From Clostridia bacterium (GTDB lineage: Bacteria > Bacillota > Clostridia > Christensenellales > UBA1242), in the NCBI GenBank assembly GCA_017936585.1, contig JAGBFI010000037.1:1-55440 (forward strand): a stretch of 55,440 nt of DNA, read 5' to 3'. This document shows, piece after piece, positions 36,640 through 48,974 of this stretch. Made by a program: the position numbers and the translations under genes. How positions within the stretch are numbered: position 1 is the first letter of the stretch; the number at the start of each line of letters is the position of its first letter. The notes under the pieces are model-generated. The model was not told the DNA's origin. It did not search any database and saw only the letters and a list, made by a program, of their open reading frames with translations.

Positions 36640-37050
36640 TACATTCGAAATTAAAAAACATTCCAAACATTGAGGATGTTGATTTGGAAAGTGGGCTTGG
36701 GGCGTGGGATATCGTTTGCAACACTTGCAAACTCACACCAGAGACGCGCAATTTAATCGGCAAAAGAGAACTGAGCCTTATGAAACGAAACGCAATTTTG
36801 ACTTCCACAACGGGTGGAGTTATTGATCTCGATGCTCTCAGTGATTTTCTCAAAAAAATTCTTTGTTTGGGGTGGGACTTGATGATGTTGATCAGCAGAG
36901 AGTGCCAAGTGAGTTGCTTGAATATGACAATGTGATTTGAACATACCACAGGGTTTATGACACAAATGAAAGCGAAAATGATCGCATAAATTTGTGCCTT
37001 GACAGCATTGAACCATTTATTGAAGGAAAGGCAATCAAATACAGTAAATT
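36640..37050 (+). pseudogene. Remnant of a D-isomer 2-hydroxyacid dehydrogenase C-terminus
   Basis: LTPETRNLIGKREL..MK..AIL...GGVIDLDAL; frameshift near A7 at 36851; GLD...LLEYDNVI*TYH with internal TGA at 36938; N-terminus missing. Confidence 0.75.
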
Positions 37051-37200
37051 GTTTTGGTCTTTAAAAACAAAATTTTTGTCGCAACATGAAAACGGATGTC
37101 GCTCAAATATCTGGGCGACATTTTTGTTTTTTATTTCAAATCTTTTTGAATATGTGCTATACTTGTGGATGAAAAGACGATTTGTTTTGGGAGAACTTTT

Positions 37201-37716
37201 ATGAAGGAAATGTTGGAGACTTTTGATAGGGAAGGAAATTTTGTTGGGGTGAAAAGCAGGACGGTTTGTCATTCTTCAAATCCGGGAGTGTTTCACAAAA
37301 CAGTTTTGATTTGGATGAAAAATGACGAGGGGATGATTCTTGTTCAAAAGCGTTCAAAAAACAAGAAACAAGCTCCTGGTCTTTGGGACACATCGTCCGC
37401 AGGACATGTTCCGGCTGGGGAGACCTGTTTGCAGACGTGTGTGCGAGAAACCCGTGAGGAACTTGGGATTGATGTGCAGGAAAGTGACTTTTTGCTGCTT
37501 GGAAAATCTGTTGAGAATGACAGTTGGGAGATTGCCCATACATATCTTTTGAAGAACAACACAAAACTGGAAGATCTGAAAATTCAAAAGGAAGAAGTTG
37601 ATGAGGTGAAATGGTTGAACTATGAAGAATTTGTTGAGTTGCTTCACTCTGAAAAATTTCACGATCACGGGAACAACTACAGCACGTGGGTTGCTGAGCT
37701 TTTGAAGGATATGTGA
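37201..37716 (+). CDS. NUDIX hydrolase (IDI-like)
   Basis: QKRS..K...PGLWD.S.AGHV.AGE......RE..EELG. Confidence 0.9.
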   Translation: MKEMLETFDREGNFVGVKSRTVCHSSNPGVFHKTVLIWMKNDEGMILVQKRSKNKKQAPGLWDTSSAGHVPAGETCLQTCVRETREELGIDVQESDFLLLGKSVENDSWEIAHTYLLKNNTKLEDLKIQKEEVDEVKWLNYEEFVELLHSEKFHDHGNNYSTWVAELLKDM

Positions 37717-37752
37717 AACCTCAGTGAAGTTTAAGAAAAAAGAGGGGAAAAT

Positions 37753-38643
37753 ATGACAACTTCAAAATGGATTGAACTTAACACAAAAAGTTTGGAAGGA
37801 AAGACGGTTGCAATCACGGGCTCCACTGGCGGGCTTGGCGAAGAGTTGAGTGAGGTGATTGCATCTCTTGGAGCAAAATTGCTGTTTTTGAATCGAAACA
37901 AAAGCAAAACGGACAGGCAAATTGAAGCGATATTGCAAAAACATCCGAGTGTGAAGATTGAATTTGTGCAGGTGGACATGCAGGATTTTGAATCGGTGAA
38001 GCGTGCGTGCGATGAACTGAAGAGATTTGAAATTGACATCCTGATTTTGAATGCGGGGGCGTTCAATCTGCCAAGAAAGAAAACAGAGCTTGGCTTGGAC
38101 AATGTTTTCCAAATCAATTTTCTTTCACCATATTTCATGATAAAAGAACTTTTGCCACAACTGAAGCAAATGGAGAATTCGAAAATTGTGGTTGTTGGAA
38201 GCATTGCCCACCGCTATGCAAGTTTCAACGAGGCGGACATCGATTATGCTGGTGAAAAAGACAAACAAAAGATTTATGGAAATTCGAAACGTTTTTTGAT
38301 GTTTTCGCTTTTTGAACTTATAAAAAAAGAAGAAAAAGTCAAACTTGCAGTGACCCATCCGGGAATCACCGCAACAGACATCACATCAAACTATCCCAAA
38401 GCCTTCCGCATGATTGCAAAGCCTGCGATGAAGCTGATTTATATGTCTCCAAGAAAAGCGTGCTTGTCAGTTGTCAAGGGTGTGTTTGACGAGACGGAGG
38501 CATACTCGTGGATTGGACCGGCACGCAAGAACATCTGGGGCTATCCAAAAAAGCGTCCGCTTGTTACCTGCAGCATGGAGGAAAGCAAAAAAATCTTCAC
38601 AAAAGCAGAAGAAATCTATGCAAAAATGAAAAACGAGGGATAA
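37753..38643 (+). CDS. Short-chain dehydrogenase/reductase
   Basis: TGSTGGLG, LNAG, YGNSK, HPG. Confidence 0.9.
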   Translation: MTTSKWIELNTKSLEGKTVAITGSTGGLGEELSEVIASLGAKLLFLNRNKSKTDRQIEAILQKHPSVKIEFVQVDMQDFESVKRACDELKRFEIDILILNAGAFNLPRKKTELGLDNVFQINFLSPYFMIKELLPQLKQMENSKIVVVGSIAHRYASFNEADIDYAGEKDKQKIYGNSKRFLMFSLFELIKKEEKVKLAVTHPGITATDITSNYPKAFRMIAKPAMKLIYMSPRKACLSVVKGVFDETEAYSWIGPARKNIWGYPKKRPLVTCSMEESKKIFTKAEEIYAKMKNEG

Positions 38644-38807
38644 GGGTTGCTGTTAAAGTGATATTGAAATTTGAAGGTGGGATAGCAGCGGAGGACAATC
38701 AAAGAAGCCTTTAATAAAATATCAAAAAATGTCAAAAAAAAGTGAAATTGCCTATTGACAGATGGGGGTTGAGATGTTATGATAGAGACATCAAAGGAGA
38801 TATTTTT

Positions 38808-39110
38808 ATGAAAACAGATTTGGAGAAATTGGAAGATCTTGACCCAGCAATGTTCGGCATGAGAAAGGCTGTAAAAATTCAATATCGCGCAAACAAGATT
38901 GATGCAAGAAAGGAAGGTGCTCGTGAAAGTTTGAGCGAAAGAAGCCCACAAGCAAAAATGCTTTCAAGAAAAAGACACGCACAAGAAAAGGAAAGATTGC
39001 TTCGCGAGAAAGCGGCTATTGATGAAGAAATCGAAGTTCAAAAGCAATACGAACAAAGACGCCTTTCAAGAGTTCTTTCAAAAAACAACACATTTGAAAG
39101 AAGTCTTTAA
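38808..39110 (+). CDS. Hypothetical basic helical protein
   Basis: Own promoter (TTGACA 38755, TGnTATGAT), AAGGAG RBS, terminator 39113-39140. Confidence 0.75.
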   Translation: MKTDLEKLEDLDPAMFGMRKAVKIQYRANKIDARKEGARESLSERSPQAKMLSRKRHAQEKERLLREKAAIDEEIEVQKQYEQRRLSRVLSKNNTFERSL

Positions 39111-39275
39111 GAAAAAAGCTCCCACAACGGGAGCTTTTTTGTTGCCAAAATCTGACTTAAATTGCAAGAAACGACAGAAAATGTACTGCCGTTTCTTTAT
39201 TTTTTGGCACATTGACTTTACTTTTTTTTGAAAAGTTTATATACTTGTTGTGAAAAACCAAAAGGAGATTTTGAA

Positions 39276-39563
39276 ATGAAAATAAGACCTATTTTTGATA
39301 GAGTTGTTTTGCTTCCAAAAGAGGCTGAAAAAGAGACAAAAAGCGGAATTATTCTGCCAACAGCGGCACAAGAAAAGTCACAAATTGCCACAGTTGTTGC
39401 CGTGGGCGAGGGCGGAAACATTGACGGCAAAGAGGTGAAAATGCAGTTGCAAGTTGGGCAAGAGGTTTTATACACGAAATACAGCGGCACGGAATTTTCT
39501 TTAGATGGCAAGAAATATATTGTAATTAAACAAACAGACGTTTTGGCTGTTTTGGAGAAGTAA
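39276..39563 (+). CDS. groES: Co-chaperonin GroES
   Basis: IRPIFDRV, TKSGIILP, KYSGTE. Confidence 0.97.
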   Translation: MKIRPIFDRVVLLPKEAEKETKSGIILPTAAQEKSQIATVVAVGEGGNIDGKEVKMQLQVGQEVLYTKYSGTEFSLDGKKYIVIKQTDVLAVLEK

Positions 39564-41186
<1,623 letters not shown>

Positions 41187-41351
41187 GAAGCAAAATAAAG
41201 AATGAAAAAGCAGCCACAAATCGGCTGTTTTTTTGTTGCGACAAAGTTGAAAGATAAATTTGAAAAGTGAAAAAGCAAGGTTTTTGGAAAAAATGTGGAA
41301 AAATCGTCAAAATAGTTTGCTAAAAATTTTGTTAATATGTAAAATAATAAC

Positions 41352-44300
41352 ATGAGAACGATGTTTTTTAAATTAAAATTATTTTTCAAAAAATTATTTA
41401 GTCCAATCTACTGGAATTTGAGATTGAAGTGTTCTTCGGGGGGGGGGTACTCTCGTAAGCCTTTAAAAATTGCAGCAAGCATCGCCCTGTCTTTGATGCT
41501 GGGTGGAATTGCGTGTATCAGTGGAGGTTTCGCAACCTCTGTGAAAACTGTTAATGTCGGAGAATTGTGGGATTCAGCAAGCAATGAATTTAATTATACA
41601 AATTTTCGTGATTTAATTGGAAATTTTGGAAGTACAATACAAGACATGTCTAACATAAATTCGTATGCTTCGCAAAGATATACAGCAGAGAAAATAAGAA
41701 ATGCTGTTGGCTATGATTTGATTGTCGAGCTTGGAGGCTTAACTTGGACTCCAACATATTTATCTTGCGATGATGAAGGAAATACAATTTTGACTTTATA
41801 TATGTCAAGTGGTTATCAAGAGGCTTTTGTAGGGAAATCTTCATCTGCAGGAAATTATTATGGATTTAAGGATGGAATTTTGTATTCAGGCTTTTCAGCT
41901 GGCTATACAAATTCATCGTATACAGTGGTTTATCCATCCTCGATGTATGGGACGTCATATATCAGAGCGGTTACGTTAAATAATGGAGGAGTCTATGGCA
42001 GGTCTACAACCGATTATGCTGTTTGGAGTCAAACATCCTCAAGCGTCTTTGCACCATTCACTATGACAACAGATGGAAATGATTTGGCTGATTATATTGT
42101 GGCTCCTGCAAATATGCCCATGCACAGGGGGCAAAATTCAATTGACAACAATGTAAATGCATCAAACACCTATCCAAATGAGTCAACGACAGCGGTTTCA
42201 GGGGCTTCTTGGAGCAGCTCGGCTCCAATGGTTACAAACCCTGATTATTATAATTGGCAACATGACAAACTTTGGATTCCAAGCTTATCTGAAACAGGAT
42301 ATAGTGACACATATAACGGCATTTGGAAGTTAAGTGAATCTCAAAGGGAGCACGGCAACGGAACTGGAGGAAGTGCGTCAACCGGTGGAAGTGTTGGTTC
42401 CTTAGCAATGACATGTTATACAACAGTTTCTTGGGTGAGGTCAAATCGTCCAAGCAATTCTGAGACAAATTGGGGATTGTATGCGTCTGGAACTAATTAC
42501 ACATATCTAAATGTTAAACATGCCTTGGTTGTCCGTCCGGCATTGCATTTAAACTTAACTGCCGCAGCGTATTCGCTTACATATAAAAATTATGATGAAC
42601 TTTGGGATGATGAGAACAAAAAATTTGACTCTGCAAATCTTGATTGTCTTCTCAGAGAGGAATTTGGTAGTTCATTGACAGACATTACAAATCTTGATTC
42701 AGGTGCAGAGGAAACATGGAATGCTGAAGACTTTTGTCATGATGAGTACAATCCTACGGTTACTCTTGGTGGGCTTGATTGGTATATGACATATCTATCT
42801 AAAGATGAAGACGGTAATGTTATTTTAACCTTATGGCTGACTGGAGAAAAACAGTCGGCTTTTGAGGGGAGAGGATATGCTGAAGGAGATTACTATGGTT
42901 TTATAAACGGACGGCTTTATTCTGACTGGTCGGCAAATTTTGCAACGAGTTATTTCACAACTACATATCCGGGGAGTATGTATGGAACATCATATGTCCG
43001 GTCGGTTACACTGAATAATGGAGGAGAATATAAGTCTCAAAATGCAATAGAAAGGGTTGATACATTTTCACAATCTGCTTCAAGTGTTTTTGCTCCGTTT
43101 ACTATGGGCAGTGAAAATGAAATGAATATTGCGGATTATATTGTTTCACCATCAAAGGTTTCTTGGCAAGCTGGGCAGAATTTGGTTGATCATTCCGGAT
43201 ATTCACCAATTTACACACTTCCTAATGAGTCTACGACAGAGGTCGCCAACCCAAGTTGGTATACTCATTCAACATATGGGTCTGCATCTGCAATGACAAC
43301 GAACAAATATTATTATTCGTGGGCTGAGGACAAATTGTGGCTGCCAAGCGTTTCCGAAATTGGATATAAGAGTTCTGATGCTGGAATATGGGGATGCAAT
43401 GTATCACAAAAGGCGACTGGCACAGGAAAAATTGGGTATGAAACGACAAGCGGGGGTGGTGCCGGGGGACTAAATACGGACAATCCAAACTTGATGACAT
43501 GGCTGCGATCCGGTAGTGCTAACAGTGCTTATGGACCTTGTAGCATTGCTGTAAATGGTCTAGAATGCTTTATGGAAAGCATCTCCACTTCTAAATCTGC
43601 TGTGGTGCGTCCGGCGTTGCATTTGAACTTGACGGAAGCGATAAAGTCAACTGAAACAAGAGATTTCAAAGTGACTTATGCTGGAGCAAATGCTGAATAT
43701 TCAGACTATCTTGAGGTATATTTGGAAGATGGTTCAATGTATGTTGGAGATTGTGGTGGATCAATTGCAGTTAGCTCCACTGAGACTTACACAACCGACT
43801 ATTCCACAAAGCCAATTAACTTCACAATCTATTCAACAGCCAGTGAAACTCTCAACGACATCTTTTTGAGAGTTGGTTCAGCACCAACGCTTACTGAATA
43901 TGACGGAAAGTCATCCTTTGTCTACACTTGGGTTCCAACAGAGTCAGTTGTGCTGGATGTCTACATTGGTCAGCGTTTCACTGTCACCTATGACAAGAAT
44001 GGTGGAAGTGGAACATTGGCGCGGACGACGGGATACATGATGTTTGGAACCAGCTTTTTGGTTGACCAGGAAAACACGCTAAGCATAGGCGAAAGTTTTG
44101 GTGCAAATGGATGGAACACGAAAGCGGATGGTTCCGGAACGGCGTATGCATATCTTGACAGTTATTATGACAATGCCGATGTCACTCTTTATGCACAATG
44201 GAAGCCATGGTTTTCGACTGTAACCATTGAAATTATGACCTTCTCTCAAACTGAGGGTGGGTTTGTGAATTCAACCATCGGCGGTACATTGGTGTTTGAT

Positions 44301-45413
44301 TACTTTTCCGGCGAGAAGATGACTGAACTGTTTTATGCTGCAGAACTGAACGACGCTTCAGTCACTCGCACTGACTTTTTGTTGAAGAAAGCAATCACAT
44401 TCAACGCATTGCCAAGCGACGGTTATGTGTTTGCTGGGGTAAGTGCAAAAGGGGAGTGTCCTTATGACGCACGAGTTAACGTGTTTACACCAACTTTGCC
44501 TTCGAAAACCGGCACGACTTATACTGTGCAAGCGTATTTTGTGCAGATTTCGGGTAACAGATTGAAATATGATGCAACGGAAAAATATTTCTATTTTGAG
44601 GACGGGGAATATCCTCAAACCTATGTTGGAAATTCTTTGAATGCAACCTTGGCAAGCAAATTCAGTCTTGCAACGTCTGTGGCGGAATATCACCTGACCT
44701 ATTTCAACGGTTCAAAAGATGTGAAGGTTCCAGTGTATTTATACAACGGCGAGAAATATGCAATGCTGACCGCTGAAAAAACCACCACTTTGACTCTGAA
44801 CGGTACAAGTGTGAGCGTGACTGAGGGGAACAGATATTTCTTCAAGGTTGAGCCTATCAGATGGAGAGTGAGCGACTATGGTGTGGCAGCGGATGAATAT
44901 CCAAGCGACTGGGCGACATATGGCACTTACAAAGAAAACTTCACAGTTGTCAGTGACAAGATTTTGACAGCGAGTGCTGTGACAAATCAAAAAGCTCAAG
45001 AGGGCTGGAGTTGGCTTTACAGCCAGATGTATGAAAACAACATTGTGGATTCTCTCAATATGAACTTTTCATATAAGGGCTCGGGAGAGGCAACTATTGA
45101 CAAGTTTGCGCCAGCTGGAACTCAGAATTTGGTGAGTTCAATTGAGACGATAAGTTCGGGAGTGAAGACGGTTTATGTGAGCGAAATGGCTGGGCTTTCT
45201 GACCTCAGTGCAAAAGCAACCGATTTTGCGGCGTTCTTGCTTGGAGCAGATGGCGGAGACAAGGTGGAATATTGGACACGCTCACTTGGTTGGGACCTTT
45301 TGCAAGGCAAAACAATTACAGTCTCTGGAAGCACATCTTCAAACTGGCTTGAAACTATGCTTGGCGTGAGATTCTCTTGCATCTTAAGCGAAGGAGCGAT
45401 GTTATTTGAATGA
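41352..45413 (+). CDS. Large surface protein: two tandem ~345-aa DUF6273/lectin-fold-like repeats, InlB B-repeat, C-terminal DUF6273-like domain
   Basis: ELWD...LW.PS.SE.G...W[VL]RS...VVRPALHLNL twice; VTYDKNGG..GWNTKADGSG..TLYAQW; GEYPQ, FKVEPIRWRV, YWTRS, GVRF. Confidence 0.8.
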   Translation: MRTMFFKLKLFFKKLFSPIYWNLRLKCSSGGGYSRKPLKIAASIALSLMLGGIACISGGFATSVKTVNVGELWDSASNEFNYTNFRDLIGNFGSTIQDMSNINSYASQRYTAEKIRNAVGYDLIVELGGLTWTPTYLSCDDEGNTILTLYMSSGYQEAFVGKSSSAGNYYGFKDGILYSGFSAGYTNSSYTVVYPSSMYGTSYIRAVTLNNGGVYGRSTTDYAVWSQTSSSVFAPFTMTTDGNDLADYIVAPANMPMHRGQNSIDNNVNASNTYPNESTTAVSGASWSSSAPMVTNPDYYNWQHDKLWIPSLSETGYSDTYNGIWKLSESQREHGNGTGGSASTGGSVGSLAMTCYTTVSWVRSNRPSNSETNWGLYASGTNYTYLNVKHALVVRPALHLNLTAAAYSLTYKNYDELWDDENKKFDSANLDCLLREEFGSSLTDITNLDSGAEETWNAEDFCHDEYNPTVTLGGLDWYMTYLSKDEDGNVILTLWLTGEKQSAFEGRGYAEGDYYGFINGRLYSDWSANFATSYFTTTYPGSMYGTSYVRSVTLNNGGEYKSQNAIERVDTFSQSASSVFAPFTMGSENEMNIADYIVSPSKVSWQAGQNLVDHSGYSPIYTLPNESTTEVANPSWYTHSTYGSASAMTTNKYYYSWAEDKLWLPSVSEIGYKSSDAGIWGCNVSQKATGTGKIGYETTSGGGAGGLNTDNPNLMTWLRSGSANSAYGPCSIAVNGLECFMESISTSKSAVVRPALHLNLTEAIKSTETRDFKVTYAGANAEYSDYLEVYLEDGSMYVGDCGGSIAVSSTETYTTDYSTKPINFTIYSTASETLNDIFLRVGSAPTLTEYDGKSSFVYTWVPTESVVLDVYIGQRFTVTYDKNGGSGTLARTTGYMMFGTSFLVDQENTLSIGESFGANGWNTKADGSGTAYAYLDSYYDNADVTLYAQWKPWFSTVTIEIMTFSQTEGGFVNSTIGGTLVFDYFSGEKMTELFYAAELNDASVTRTDFLLKKAITFNALPSDGYVFAGVSAKGECPYDARVNVFTPTLPSKTGTTYTVQAYFVQISGNRLKYDATEKYFYFEDGEYPQTYVGNSLNATLASKFSLATSVAEYHLTYFNGSKDVKVPVYLYNGEKYAMLTAEKTTTLTLNGTSVSVTEGNRYFFKVEPIRWRVSDYGVAADEYPSDWATYGTYKENFTVVSDKILTASAVTNQKAQEGWSWLYSQMYENNIVDSLNMNFSYKGSGEATIDKFAPAGTQNLVSSIETISSGVKTVYVSEMAGLSDLSAKATDFAAFLLGADGGDKVEYWTRSLGWDLLQGKTITVSGSTSSNWLETMLGVRFSCILSEGAMLFE
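41438..41447 (+). repeat. G10 homopolymer in the 5' coding region (phase-variation candidate, currently in frame)
   Basis: Encodes SSGGGY ahead of the signal/anchor helix. Confidence 0.8.
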
Positions 45414-45518
45414 TAAAAGCAGAAAAACGGGCGAAATTGCTCGTTTTTTCTTATTTTCAAATTGGACATTGACAAATTGCTGTCATCGTGGTAAAATAAA
45501 TTTGTTAGAGGTGTTTGT

Positions 45519-46940
45519 ATGGGAAAAGATAAGAAAGTTGTGAAGCAATATGAAACTATTAAGTTTTCAATGCCAGATTATCAATTTATTTTCGACACAT
45601 GGATGAAAACAATCCGCGAAAAGACATATGATTTGAAGGCTCCAAATTCAGAAAACTTTTTCAAGTTCTATGAAATTTTGTGTTCTGGTGCTTATGAATT
45701 GTCAAGGCCACTGCCTCAAGCAATCTTGAAATCTTATGCTCAAAATTCCGAGGATGTTTCTGAGTATGTGGACATCGATAAGCTGAAGGTGAGAGACAAC
45801 TATAAACTTATCTGCAAGTTTTTCAATGAGCATGCTTTGGAAGGCGAGACAATCGACTGCAAGAATGGGCAAGAACTTAACCGCGCGCTTGCAAACATCA
45901 TTGCAAAAAGAATTCAGCAAGCGGAAGGTGATATTGTTTATGTTGATATCTCAAAGATGCATCTTTATAAAAATGCAAGTATCACTCCAATCAGAAACTT
46001 TTATGTTGAAGCACTTGCAAAGCTTGGATATAAGCAAGACCCTGTCATGAAAAACTTATATGTTTCTGACAGGAAAGTTCCTGTGGAAATCAGCGAAAAT
46101 AATCAGTCCTGGATTTTGAAGCAATATGTGGAGAGAGAAAGATGGTTTACTGATGAATTTTACATAATCTTTGGCAAGGTGGATGATCCAGAAGAGTTCA
46201 GTCACGGCTTTGAACTGTTTGAAAAATATTTGAAAACTCTTGAGGAAAGAATGTCGGAACAGACAAGAACTTCGGAAAAATTTTTGATGGCAAAAGCGGA
46301 TTTTGAAAAGTTTGTCGAAAAGCAAAAAGCGGCTTATCATGAAAAATTGACAAGAAGCAAGCGTTTTGCTTCATATTACAAACCTGCTTCAGAAGCTTTG
46401 TGGAGACGTCTTAAGAAGAATCCAGCAGAGAATGATGATGTGATCATCAAAGATTTCATCAAACTTGTTGAGAATGTTCATTTTGCCATGAATGTGGTAG
46501 ACGAAAACGGGAAGAAATACCCAGCAAACTATTTCCTTTTCACAGAAATGCACCCAAATGATATGGTTTCTCTGCTTATCGTCGCTGAAAAGGCAAATTG
46601 CTTTGATGAAAAACAAGCTAAGAAATCAGCAGAAGTTAAGGCTGTTTTGAGAAACTTGGACACTGCCGCAATGACACGTACCGAAGATGGAGCAAGTTAT
46701 GACCTTGACATGTTCTTGTCAAAATATAGAGCAAAAACAAACTTCAACGGGATTGATTTGGATTTGCGTCTAGAAGAAAATTTCAGGGAGTTTGCAAACA
46801 AGGTTGACACAATGATTAAAGAAAACAATCTTCCAACCACACAAGTTTGTGTAAATGCACTTGCAAGAGAGATGATTAAAGGTTGCAGTCCAATCAACAC
46901 TGAAATTTTGAAAAATCGAGCAATTGAAAGACAAAAGTGA
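45519..46940 (+). CDS. Hypothetical helical protein
   Basis: 473-aa ORF; TTGACA/TGnTAAAAT promoter and GAGGTG RBS. Confidence 0.8.
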   Translation: MGKDKKVVKQYETIKFSMPDYQFIFDTWMKTIREKTYDLKAPNSENFFKFYEILCSGAYELSRPLPQAILKSYAQNSEDVSEYVDIDKLKVRDNYKLICKFFNEHALEGETIDCKNGQELNRALANIIAKRIQQAEGDIVYVDISKMHLYKNASITPIRNFYVEALAKLGYKQDPVMKNLYVSDRKVPVEISENNQSWILKQYVERERWFTDEFYIIFGKVDDPEEFSHGFELFEKYLKTLEERMSEQTRTSEKFLMAKADFEKFVEKQKAAYHEKLTRSKRFASYYKPASEALWRRLKKNPAENDDVIIKDFIKLVENVHFAMNVVDENGKKYPANYFLFTEMHPNDMVSLLIVAEKANCFDEKQAKKSAEVKAVLRNLDTAAMTRTEDGASYDLDMFLSKYRAKTNFNGIDLDLRLEENFREFANKVDTMIKENNLPTTQVCVNALAREMIKGCSPINTEILKNRAIERQK

Positions 46941-47204
46941 GAGCGATATCTCACTTTTTTTATGTTTGTTGGTGTGTGGTGGGGAGGGAAAGAAGAAATG
47001 AAAATAGGTGATTTTCATGCTGAAGAAGAAATGAAAATTGTGGTTTTTATTCAAAAAACAGAGACAAAATTGTCAATTGTGAGACAAAATATGTATTTAG
47101 TAATTTTTTTATAAATATTTTGCTGAAAATTAAAGGAGTTTTTTAATTTATTTGGTATAATTGGGTTGAAACACGTTTATAATTTTTTATTTTTGGGAGA
47201 TTTG

Positions 47205-48974
47205 ATGCAAAACAGAGGCTTTCCAGTTGAATGGTTGAGCGAACTTAAAAGAAAGAACGATTTGGTTTCAATCGCTTCAAACTATCTTCAACTTCAACAA
47301 AAAGGCCGCCGTTATTGGGCGTGCTGTCCTTTTCATAGTGAAAAAACACCTTCATTTTCGTTGAACGATGAAGATGGTATTTATTATTGCTTCGGCTGCA
47401 AAGAGTCTGGCGATGTCATCAAGTTTGTTCAGAAAATGGAAAATATTGACTTTATGGATGCGGTCAAACTTTTGGCGGAGCGTGCTGGGATGGAAGTTCC
47501 ACAGCTTCAAGGGGACGGACAACGCAAACAAAATCAAGAGCTTAAGGCGAGAGTTCTGAGTGCACTTGACTATGCATATAAGCACTATGTTGAAAATCTT
47601 TACAGTGCGGAAGCAAAAAAGGCACAGGACTACATAAAGATGAGAAAGTTCACTCGCCGCGAACTTGAAGATTTCAAAATTGGTTATTCAAAAAACTGGA
47701 CGGACATGGTTGAATATCTTTCTTCAAAAGGCTTCACAAAAAAGGAAATGGTTGAGGCCGGAATTTGTGCAGAGAAAAACAACCGATTGTTTGATGTTTT
47801 AGCGGAGAGACTGGTTTTCCCAATTTTCAATTCTTTTGGAGAATGCATCGGCTTCAGTGCGCGTGCACTTGAGAAAACAGATTTCGCAAAATATAAAAAC
47901 ACCGCGGAAACAATTGTTTTCCAAAAGGGAAGAGTGGTGTTTGGCATTCACATCTTGAAGGCTCAAAAGCAACAACAACTTTTGAACAAAATCATTCTTG
48001 TTGAAGGACAAATGGATGTCATTGCAATGCACAAGGCTGGGTTTAAGTCGACTGTTGCTTGCATGGGGACAGCATTGACAAAAGACCATGTCAACGAGTT
48101 GAAAAGATACAACGAAAACATTTACCTTTGTTTTGATGGGGATGGAGCCGGAACAAAGGCAACGCTTAGGGCGATTGAGATGTTCCGAAATGAAAATGTC
48201 AACTTGAAAGTTGTGCGCCTTGAGGGTGGAAAAGACCCAGACGAAGTGCTCAACAATAATGGGAAGGAAAAACTTGAGGAATTGATTGAAAACGCTCAGC
48301 CATATATGGAGTTTTTGATTGATTATTACAAAAGCAGACACGACTTGCAGCAAGCCGAGGAGAAAAACAAGTTTGTCAAAGAAATTTTGGCAGAAATCAA
48401 AAAACTTGGCAGTGAGACGCTGTTTGAGCCTTATCTTGAAATGGTGCGTGACTTGACGAAAATTCCAATTGACATTTTGAGACGTGACATCAATGGGACA
48501 GCACAAGAGCAAGCAGTGAAAAAGGTGATCAAAGAGCCAACTGTTCCAACCGAACGCGGCGATGAGAAAGCTGTGAAATTCATTCTGGCTTCACTTTTGC
48601 ACAAGAAGGAATATGCAAATGTGCAGATTGACTGGTCGAAACTTTTGGAAGAATTTGCTTCTTATTTGGAAATAATAGAGCAAAACACTTCGCTCTCTTC
48701 GATTTTCGACATTGAAGGCGCAAGCGAAGACGCATTCTTGATGGATATTTTAAATTTCAATTTTACAAAATTTGAAGAGGATGCTCCAAGATATTTCAGA
48801 GAGTGCTTGTGGAAGATTGCTGAGCAAAAGTTGAAGAAAAAGCAAGAAAGATTAAACGAAGAATACAAAAATTGTGAAGATATAAACAGACGAGTTGAAA
48901 TTGCCAAAAATCTTGGAAAATTGGCATTGCAACTCAAAAATAAGAGTTTGGAGGAATTCAATGGCAGAAGATAA
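47205..48974 (+). CDS. dnaG: DNA primase
   Basis: [15 protein letters not shown] Zn finger, KYKNT, EGQMDV, FDGDGAG, KDPD. Confidence 0.96.
   Translation: MQNRGFPVEWLSELKRKNDLVSIASNYLQLQQKGRRYWACCPFHSEKTPSFSLNDEDGIYYCFGCKESGDVIKFVQKMENIDFMDAVKLLAERAGMEVPQLQGDGQRKQNQELKARVLSALDYAYKHYVENLYSAEAKKAQDYIKMRKFTRRELEDFKIGYSKNWTDMVEYLSSKGFTKKEMVEAGICAEKNNRLFDVLAERLVFPIFNSFGECIGFSARALEKTDFAKYKNTAETIVFQKGRVVFGIHILKAQKQQQLLNKIILVEGQMDVIAMHKAGFKSTVACMGTALTKDHVNELKRYNENIYLCFDGDGAGTKATLRAIEMFRNENVNLKVVRLEGGKDPDEVLNNNGKEKLEELIENAQPYMEFLIDYYKSRHDLQQAEEKNKFVKEILAEIKKLGSETLFEPYLEMVRDLTKIPIDILRRDINGTAQEQAVKKVIKEPTVPTERGDEKAVKFILASLLHKKEYANVQIDWSKLLEEFASYLEIIEQNTSLSSIFDIEGASEDAFLMDILNFNFTKFEEDAPRYFRECLWKIAEQKLKKKQERLNEEYKNCEDINRRVEIAKNLGKLALQLKNKSLEEFNGRR

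Noticed and set aside
36498-36935. 145-aa ORF as an intact gene
   Set aside because: Runs through tRNA-Gly; only its 3' part is a pseudogene fragment
36938-36940. In-frame TGA as selenocysteine or an alternative genetic code
   Set aside because: The fragment is also truncated and frameshifted, and TGA is an ordinary stop in many genes here
41559-43640. The two repeats as a DGR template/variable pair
   Set aside because: Differences occur at all bases and both copies are coding; no RT in the window
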